A DNA stretch of 64,000 nucleotides from Vicugna vicugna (taxonomy: Eukaryota). The stretch's first letter is position 1. The number at the start of each line of letters is the position of its first letter. Positions 55,413 to 64,000 of this stretch are shown here, one piece after another. The translations under genes and the position numbers were made by a program. Where the stretch lies: contig MU058815.1 of assembly GCA_013265495.1 (NCBI GenBank), forward strand, positions 62,001 through 126,000. Direction: 5' to 3'. The notes below the pieces were generated by a model. The model was not told the DNA's origin. It saw only the letters and a program-made list of their open reading frames with translations, and did not search any database.

Positions 55413-56039
55413 ACAACAAACCAAGCCACTACATACACCCAGACTGTATATGGTAGGTGATCACTGATGTGTTCTTTGAAATTTGGGGAACTAAATAAAA
55501 ACAGTGTTTCACTAGCTAACTCCCTGGACTGCTACACTCTAGAACTGTTAAGATTTACAGTAACATAAAAATGACTTCATCCTTACTCTGTTATTCACCC
55601 TTTTAAAAAGAACCTCTAATTAATAAAGTGGGTCAGTGACTCAACTTTCCGCATTCATGCATCATACTTAAGAGAGAGATGACTAAAGGGAAGCTGATGC
55701 TAAACAAGTTAGATTTTTCAACTTAAAAAAAAAAAAAGAGAAAACGCAACCTTAAAGGAAGATAGATAATGGGGAGTAGATTCGTAAATTAGTCTCAGAT
55801 GCAAGCAAATTCACTCCCCACCACCCCTGTCCCCTCCCCGCTGGAAGATTTTCAAACTTATCATAGCCTGGGCCAAAGCAGAGAAAAGAAAAAAAAATTA
55901 CGTGTTGACCATATGTTCTGCTTTTCCCTTACTGATGGGAAGAAAAAACTCACCCAAATAAGTAAAATCAGAGCATCTTAGTATCTATTTTTGTAACTTA
56001 AATTACTTTCCCATAAAATTAAGTGCCATGGAGCAGAAG

Positions 56040-56336
56040 TTCTGTGTTTGTCACCAATCCTTTATTGAAATTGGTAACTTACACACTTTATGGGAAAACA
56101 ACAAAAATAATGTCCCATATATACAGCCTTTGCAATGGACTCTGTGACTACACCCAAGGCAGAGTGATGACACAATCTAATCTTCATAGTAATTTGTGCA
56201 CAAAAAGACACCCGACAGACAACGTGTGAACGTTACAGTGAAATGACACAGGTCCAGTGAAAACTCAGCCTAATACAAAACATACTCATCTACTGCCAAA
56301 GACAGCGAGACGCCCAGAGCTGGGTCAGTAGTAACT
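56040..56336 (-). terminator. NFIL3: NFIL3 3'UTR and polyadenylation signal
   Basis: First AATAAA after the stop is at 56066-56061 (plus strand tttatt); cleavage site inferred near 56040. Confidence 0.75.
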
Positions 56337-57722
56337 TCACCCGGAGTCCGAAGCAGAGATCTGGTGCGTGGCGATCAGTCTCTTGAGTGAGACCACCTCT
56401 GCCGGCAAGTGTGCGATCCCCTGCTTCAAAAACAAGTTCTCTGGGTCCGAAACTTCGTACCCAGTGTCTTTCACTTCAACAACGCCAGTTTTGAAACCGC
56501 CCTGGCTTTTGCCGTTCAGGTCTTTTTGATGCCAGTGTTCGGCTTTGAGGGACCAGTCTTGAATGTTCGTCACTTGCACTGAAAAGGGAGTGAGGGAGGA
56601 AGGGACCAGGGTGGGGGCAGGATGCTTCTCGAGTTCGAAGTGTCTCTTGGACGTCATGTCAAGGGGCGAGGGAAGCTTGGGCGCGGCGTCAAACTCGTTC
56701 TCCAGGGCTTCCACTTTTATCTGCATGGCTTTGGCTTTAATGCGAAGCTTGTGCGGCAGGGCAGAGGAATTCACTTCGGGGACCTTAACCACGGTGGCAT
56801 GGGCGCGCTGAAGTTCCACGGGGGAGTGGATCGGGCCCTTGGGGACCTGCTGCTCGTCTTCGCCGTCGGACGACTTTCCCACGGCCCCGTCCTCAGTCTC
56901 CGACGTCCTCGGAGAGTTGCTGGAGGACCGGCTGGCCTGCAGCAGCGGCGGGGAGTGCGCGTAGCCGGGAAACGACCCCCCCATGTAGGCCTGATACAGC
57001 GCTGCCCGGTAGGCACCCCGCTCGTCTCTCGGCTCCCTGGCGAAGCTCTCCAGTTCCATGGGCTCCTGCTTGATGACCTGGAACTTGCTCTCAGGACTTC
57101 TGCAGCCGCTCTGCCCGGGGCCCTCCTGCGAGTGCTCCAGCGAGAGCACTTCGGAGGCGTCAGACAGAGAGCTCTGCGGAGAGTGCTTGATGACCGAAAT
57201 GCAGCTGCTGGCCACCATCGAGGGCTCGTGCTCGTCCACGAAGGCGCCCACGCTGCCCTTGGACGTCTGGTAGTCTTGAAAGTACACGGCCGTCGAGCTG
57301 CTCAGCTTCTGAATCTCCTGGGCGTAGGCTGCCGAGCTAATCAAACCAAACTTCAGCTTCAGGGAAAGCAGTTCGGCTTTCAGAGTGGCGTTTTCCTCCC
57401 CCAGTGCAATCAGCTTGTTCTCTAAAACCAGGTCGTTCAGCCGACGCTTCTCACGAGACCTCTTGGCCGCCTCGTTGTTCTTCCGCCGCTTCTCCCAGTA
57501 CATGGCGTCCTTCTTCTCGTCGGGGATGAATTCCCGTTTCCTCCGGCACGCCGAAGATTTGCTTTTCCCCACGCTTCCTTCATTTAGCAGTAGGTCTTCG
57601 GGCGCCAAGTCTTCGGAGACTTCAGTCAAGGCAGAGTTCAGCACCATCATCTTGTCCACGGCGCTCCCGGGATCGTGGGCCGCCTGCTCCTTCTTGATGC
57701 TCTGCATTTTTCTCAGCTGCAT
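56337..57722 (-). CDS. NFIL3: NFIL3 / E4BP4, PAR-related bZIP transcriptional repressor, 461 aa, single coding exon
   Basis: MQLRKMQ start; basic region [35 protein letters not shown] followed by leucine zipper; repression domain HSPVEL...[24 protein letters not shown] end. Intact ORF. Confidence 0.99.
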   Translation of the reverse strand: MQLRKMQSIKKEQAAHDPGSAVDKMMVLNSALTEVSEDLAPEDLLLNEGSVGKSKSSACRRKREFIPDEKKDAMYWEKRRKNNEAAKRSREKRRLNDLVLENKLIALGEENATLKAELLSLKLKFGLISSAAYAQEIQKLSSSTAVYFQDYQTSKGSVGAFVDEHEPSMVASSCISVIKHSPQSSLSDASEVLSLEHSQEGPGQSGCRSPESKFQVIKQEPMELESFAREPRDERGAYRAALYQAYMGGSFPGYAHSPPLLQASRSSSNSPRTSETEDGAVGKSSDGEDEQQVPKGPIHSPVELQRAHATVVKVPEVNSSALPHKLRIKAKAMQIKVEALENEFDAAPKLPSPLDMTSKRHFELEKHPAPTLVPSSLTPFSVQVTNIQDWSLKAEHWHQKDLNGKSQGGFKTGVVEVKDTGYEVSDPENLFLKQGIAHLPAEVVSLKRLIATHQISASDSG

Positions 57723-57900
57723 CAGAAACAGCCTTCACCTACCTACGCGGGGCAGGGGAGCAAGTTACTTCCCCAGGCCTGTCAAACGCTTTAAAACCCG
57801 TGGTTTGACATCCATCAATATTCTTCCTTTTGTTCTACTGTCCAGACTCAGTCTCTTCAGCTCCTCTTAGCTGAACGGAGCAGGCGGTCTTGTAGGTGAC
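57723..57900 (-). other. NFIL3: NFIL3 5'UTR part of the coding exon (splice acceptor at 57901/57900)
   Basis: Minus strand reads CTGTTTCTTTTCATGTCTTGCAG|GTCACC, a polypyrimidine tract plus CAG, 178 nt before the ATG. Confidence 0.8.
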
Positions 57901-58047
57901 CTGCAAGACATGAAAAGAAACAGTTACTTGGTAAGTGTTTATTGCCCGTTCTGTACAAGAAATGGCACTCAGCACTTAGGGTACATGGGTCTGAACAAGG
58001 TGCAGTGTTTTTCCTTCGAAGAGTTCACAATCTTGAAAGTAAGCAAC

Positions 58048-58195
58048 CAATTGACACAACATTGTAAAATGACTATAACTCAATGAAAGAAAGAAAGAAA
58101 GGAAGGAAGGAAGAAGGAAGGAAAGAAAAGAAGGAAGGAAGGAAAGAAAAAGAAAGAAAGAAAGAAAAGAAAAGAAAGGAAGAAGGGAAGAAAGC
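58048..58195 (+). mobile_element. Very short L1 3' tip with GA-rich tail
   Basis: ttgacacaacattgtaaaatgactataactcaat matches the L1 end at 6138-6171, followed by (GAAA/GGAA)n. Confidence 0.85.
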
Positions 58196-59789
58196 AAATC
58201 CCTGCACTGGAGAGTCGTGAGGGACAAACCCCCAGCGCGAGCTGTTGTATTGGCAGAGGAACGCGTGGTCCAGGGCAGTGAGAGAAAAACACACACCTGC
58301 CCCGGGGAGAAACTGAGGAAGGCTGTGTTTCGGGAGAAGACACGGTGGGGAGGGGGACGAGGGACAGGGCATGACAGGAAGGAGATGACAGATCCCCGCT
58401 GGCTGGTAAGTGCTTGCAGACTGGGAGCTTCTGGATAATTTTCGGTCGCATTTCTATCGCTGCCAAGCAAACAAGCTCACCTCGTAAAAAGGAACTTCTC
58501 CAAGTAAACTCCTTTAATGTCAGTAAACAAATTTTGTAACTGCATGGAATAAAACATAAGCGGGGCTAAGTTTTTATTTCCACAAAAATGAAAATAAAAG
58601 CCACACAAACAACAGAGTTGCAGCTTTTTAACTGGACTCTTATGTGGGCAAATCCTGTCCCTCAAACCCCCGGTGGGCTTATGTCAAGGTCACTCTGCCA
58701 AGAGACTCAGCACACCTGGAGAGGGTTCCTCTCAATAAAGCCATCTCTCTGACGTATTTGCGCTATGAGGTTAGAAATGTTCCTCCTTCTGATTCCTTCA
58801 AATTGACTTACCAAGCATTCACTTAAGATGGAAGCATTCAAAGTGCTTTTTTTTGGTCCTGAAAATTCTGTCAAAATAGATTTCATGTATCTAATAGCTT
58901 TGTACCAAAATAAACAGTTACTATTTAAAGGGATTTTTTTTTAAAGTAGAGTGCATTCTTGAAATGTAAATTTATTTTAAACTGAGAGAACCTAAAATTA
59001 TTTTAAACCGAGAGAATCTAATTATGGAAAGAATTTCTTTCCGTTTTATGAATTAGTTTCAAACAAAATATAAGAACTCAAAAATAGAACCAAATAGCTT
59101 CCTTTTCCACTGATGACACGGTTCTAATCTGCATTTGGCCTGACACGAGATAATAAATCCATATTAGGTTCCAATAACAATCCCCTCATGGTGGTTCTGG
59201 ATCTGTGTTTCTGGACAGGGCTTCCCTGCCTAATTTCCCAGCAGGGAAAACGTCCATAAAGGAGATATGGCAAGACATCTGCTCATTCAGCACTCTGCCC
59301 TGCCCCATTAAAAAGACGGAATGTTTTTGCTTCATGTCACTCTGCCTTCCTTGTGCATAGTTCTACAATGACTAATGAAATGAAGTTTAATTTTATCAGC
59401 TGGAAAAGCCTGCCAGCCTCTTGTGTCTTTTCCAGAAGGAGCAGAAGGAATGACGTAACAGTTCCAGGATCACAAAGACTCAGGTTTAATGCCACGTTTG
59501 TATCCATCCAACTGAGCCAACGGAAACAGTGAGTTGCAACTCGGGAAAACTTGTGATTACAAACACCCTGCTCCTGTTTGTTTTTGATAATACAGCTTTA
59601 ATGAGAAGTGAAGGCAAAGAGTCTGCCAGAGCAGGCGGTGATGGTGTAGAAAGGAGGTCTTTCTGGTTATCACTTAGTACATCAACACAGCCTCCTCTAT
59701 TTCCACTCAGCTTTCTTGTTCTGACATGAAAACTCATTTGCCCTCTGCATACTGAATGGATTCTTTCCTCCTGTTAAGAATGGGTAGTC

Positions 59790-60030
59790 CCTCCACAGAA
59801 TGTACAACATCAAGAGGGAACCCTCATGAAAACTATGGACTTTGGTTGATAATAACGTGCCCACGTTGGGTCAGCGATGGTACCAAATACGCCCCACTGA
59901 TGAGCGATGCTGAGAGGGGAGGATACATGTGTGGGTGGGGAGGGCTACGTGTGAACTCTCTGTATTTTCTGCTCAATTCTGTTGTGAACCTGAAACAGCT
60001 CTAAAAGAATAAAGTCTATCAAAAAAAAAA
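59790..60030 (+). mobile_element. L1MC-like 3' end
   Basis: aactatggactttggttgataata...gaactctctgtattttctgctcaatt...aataaagtctat plus A tail. Confidence 0.85.
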
Positions 60031-60585
60031 ATGGGTATTCCCTAATGCAGTTAAGTGCTTCCCCCTTTAAGTCAAATAAATGTTGAGGCAAAGGGTAAAA
60101 ATTCCAGCTAAAGAAGGACTATTACATTGAACTGTTTTCCCAAAGTGCCCTTCAAATCTCCACTGTATCCTCAGGGACCTCTGTTTTTCAAAGCATCATG
60201 GAGTTTCCTGTACGCTATTATTCTGAGTATTTTTGCCACTTGAGAACCTTTCTCTTCTTTGCATTTTTTAATTTGTCCCTTCCCTGGAAAAAAATTACAT
60301 TCCTTCTACATTTCACCTCACTTACGAGTTTTTCCCATGACGCTTTTGAAATGCCCCACCGTGCTGTCTGCCTTTGCCACTCTCCCTAAACTTTTCATTA
60401 TGTCATCATATCATACCCGTTTTCATCACATGCATGGAGTGAGTGGGGACTCTCTTCAGCCTCCTGGTCCAAAGATGTGCGCGGGGTCTGGTGTGAGTGA
60501 GGGTAGACAGCCCTCGTCACGCTGCCTGGAGGAAAATGATCCCACCTCTATTTAAATTTAAAAATCTCACTTGTCTTAAAATCTC

Positions 60586-60695
60586 AAATGTGACAATGAA
60601 AATATATATGTTCATGCATAACGGAAAAATTGTGCTCTACACTGGAATTTGACACAACATTGTAAAATGATTACAAATCAATAAAAAATGTTAAA
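60586..60695 (+). mobile_element. 110-bp young L1 3' tip in the NFIL3 intron
   Basis: Closely matches 6075-6180; TSD AAAATCTC at 60578-60585 and 60696-60703. Confidence 0.9.
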
Positions 60696-61509
60696 AAAAT
60701 CTCGTGGCTCCTTTCTTCTTGGTGTCTAAGTCCCATGTACCCACTTTGTCATCTCCACAACTTTGTTGGCATGTTTAAAACCTGTAGGAAAATCTCATTT
60801 CTTTTCCGTTAGTCTTCTCCCTATTGGAACTTCACTCTGTGTCCCAGAATCTAGATTCTTCCCTCACCTGCACACATTAACTGTCTCTATGACCCCTATC
60901 AGCAAATCACCACGTAGTGTATTAGGATATTTTCGGTAATATTATTTATCAAATAACCTTACAGAGTTGAAAGAAGTTTATCACGGTGTGAGATAATGCA
61001 GAGAGGTGCTGATTCTGGACCACGTGTATCCTCCTCCATTTGTTTTATACACCCAACTAGACTGCAAATGCCTTGCAGGCGCAAATGAATATATTTGTAT
61101 CCTGGCAACAAACTGAACATATTAGGTGCTCAACGTCTGATTGACAGTCACTCATTTGCCACACATAAGAGAGTTTTGTAACCAAAACCACTTTTCTGAT
61201 ACATTCTTTTCAATTTAGTCTCACGGTGGAAATCCTAAAAAAGATACTTTGCTTATTGACAGAGAGCTTCTCTTACTCTTTGCTTGATTTATTCAACACC
61301 TACTGCATACCTGGCACTGAGGAAGACTGGGGGCACATAAATCCAAGTCCCAAGAGTCAAGGGATCCCCTTATTCCGGGGGGGAGACAGACTTGTGAGCC
61401 AGGGATGCGCAAGGAGCGCCGCCCACGTTGGGCCGGGGGTTGGTGCACAGATCACATCGTTTCCAGCCTGCACTGCTTTTTCTCTTGGGAGGGTGAAAAT
61501 AAAAACAGT

Positions 61510-61700
61510 GATGACCATTTGCTGAACACTTAGTACGCAAGAAGCACGGTGAGCCTGGCGTGTCATAATTTCACTACCCTCATGATAATAACCACATTCA
61601 AACGAGAAAACTAAGGCTCAGAGAAGTTAAGCAACTTGCCCAGCGTCACACAGCCAGTTAAGTGGCAGAGCTGATTCCAGCCCAGCTCTGAATGCATTCC
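61510..61700. mobile_element. MIR SINE remnant
   Basis: gagaaaactaaggctcagagaagttaagcaacttgcccagcgtcacacagc. Confidence 0.8.
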
Positions 61701-64000
61701 AGTCCCTCTCACGGTCCGGTTTCCTCTTCTGTACTTGCAGGGGGCTGTTCTGGTGGGGACTTCTGCAGTGCATCTCAATTACATTCAGTTCCTTTCTGTG
61801 TTGCTCTCATTTCTGAGTCATTTATACTCATTTCCTAAGTTACGCTGGGGGCAGTAAAGCACTCTTAGATGCCGCCAGAACTTCCTTAAGACGACAAAGG
61901 TGCCACCTGGGACTTCTCTCCAGCTTCCTTGGAGATGTTCTACATCCTGAAAGTATTTAATAAATTGAGAAAACATTCTACATTTTCATCTCTTTGCTAA
62001 AATTTTAATCTCCTAGCAGTCCTATGTGCTAAAATAAACAGAGGAAAAGAAAAGTGCTAGCTATTGGCATTGTCACCTGTGATTTTTCTAGTACAAAAGC
62101 AAAATGTATCCATTTTCAACACGGGGTGTGGTGAGCAGTTAAAACCCAGAAAGGCTGAGTGACTTTGCCAGGATCACGCAGCACGTGAGGGCAGAGATGC
62201 TGGGGGCAACGAATCTATTTGTGCCCTTCAACCATCAATTTAAATGAAAGCAAACGCAAAGCTAGTTTACAACGTCTTCTGAAAACATCAGTATTTATGC
62301 TCAACTAATGACTTCATTTCAGATTCTGATGTTTTCCCCTTATGATTAATTTAACAGTCAGTTCACCTCTGCCTCCTGCTCTCAGATCACCACTAACGCT
62401 GCGTTACATCAGTCAACACTAGTTTCCCTTCTGGTGAGTAATTGACACTAAATGCCAATTCTATGATGCTGGCGTGTCCGGCACGATCAGCTTCATTACA
62501 CCCATTAGATAATATGGCTGCTGCTTAAAAACACAAATAAAAAGAGAAATTTAAGAGCAGGAGTCATCACATTCCAATGACATTATTTTCCCATACCTAA
62601 CGCGGACGTGCCGTTGCTAATTGACGCTTTTTCATAGTACATCACGCTATTTCTACAGGAGTTAGGTTTCGCAAGCCCCGATTTTAAGGTCTATTTAAGT
62701 CAGATGACCTAAATGTTATTTTAAATTAAGATTAAAATTTGGTTTAGAAAATTCTCTTAAAGAATAAAGAGTTCCAACACAAATTCTAGACCAAATTTCT
62801 CCTCGAGGAGGAATCTCATTCCTTATGTTTGACCTATATCTTCCCTGGCCTCCAGTGCATCTCTCAGAGAACTATTGGTTGACAATCCAAACTTGTTACA
62901 GAACAAAAAGAAACATTTTGTTTCAAGCATCTAAAATCTTACTAATAGTTTAGACATTAAAATCCACCATGAGAAAACTCTGTTACTAATTATCTCTTTA
63001 AGGGGGAAGTCTTACTGCAAATTGCTTCTGTTACACGTTTTGATTTTAAAACTGTCAATACAAGATGAGATACTATTTGATGAGCCGCATGATTTGGAAA
63101 TATTTTTATAGAACCACCTCATTTTTCCTCTACTCTCTGAATGTATTCTTTATACCCTCAGAGGTATAGTATAGATACCATTAAAGAAAAAAAAAGTTCT
63201 TTTATGTTCAACTACAAACCACCTCTCTACTAAGAAGGTAGTTGCTTATTTTTGAGATAAACACCATTTTAGTGAAAAAGTAAAGTCACTGGATCAATTC
63301 ATAGCTCTTTAAACTAGTAATACTAGTGAAATGTTAACCTACATTTTCCTCCTGTGGGTAAAATCCATGACATGATCGTTTCAGTAAAATGCTTTCTTTT
63401 CATGAATAAAAATCAAATCTACGGGGAAGTGGGGAATGAAAAAATTCAGGAAATGCTGAAGTTGCACAAGGATTTTCTAATTAGGCTGAAGAATAAAAGG
63501 CTTTTTAAATTAAGACAACTATGTTAAACTTCTCTAAGGGCCAATGAAGCGCCTCCCATTAATAATATAACTCTGTCTCTAGTAACACAGACTTTAAACT
63601 TAAAGTCAGAGAAAAATGTATACTTGATCAAGATATGAACACACACATAAGTGGACTCTCACACTTTGCCAAAATCTACCCTATCATGGCAACAAAGTGA
63701 CCTACTTTTTCTATTCGGATGGCTCTGTAAATGAATGTGTCAAAACCAGAGCGAGCTTATGATAAAAGCAAATATTTCTAATTTCTTGCTGTTTTATCTT
63801 CAACAAAGAACTACCTGAAAATTAGATTTAAACTTAATAAATAGGATAACAACACTGCATTTCATTACAGCATCAATATAATTTAAGGAATTGAAATATG
63901 AAATAGTACAACTTTACATTCATAAAAAGAGGCCACTGTTTGTAACCTAACTCAGGATGAAAATATCCTGAAGACTGCGTGGTCTGAGCACAGATGCTAA

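Noticed and set aside
56622..57870. 267-aa and 161-aa ORFs antisense to NFIL3
   Set aside because: Shadows of a GC-rich CDS; no recognisable domain
58972..59023. 26-bp tandem duplication in the NFIL3 intron
   Set aside because: AT-rich and imperfect, with no motif of note

Overview
Mammalian genomic DNA, probably camelid judging by the tRNA-Ala-derived Vic-1-like SINEs. It holds two minus-strand genes. AUH (methylglutaconyl-CoA hydratase / AU-rich RNA-binding protein) is present as a CpG-island promoter and coding exons 1-3 (25388-25121, 7053-6986, 6875-6788); later exons lie left of the window. NFIL3/E4BP4 is present as its single coding exon (acceptor 57900, CDS 57722-56337, polyA signal 56066-56061); its non-coding first exon is not visible and probably lies right of the window. 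The rest is intronic or intergenic and rich in L1, ERV/MaLR LTRs, SINEs, MIR/L2 and a Charlie DNA transposon. I see no new multi-gene system. The best leads are regulatory: two uORFs plus a hairpin in the NFIL3 leader, a perfect E4BP4 site in NFIL3's own intron, consensus ROREs on both sides of the coding exon, an orphan promoter-like CpG island with a minisatellite, and a sense solo LTR with a splice donor in AUH intron 1. Comparisons with human sequence and repeat subfamily names are from memory and need checking.
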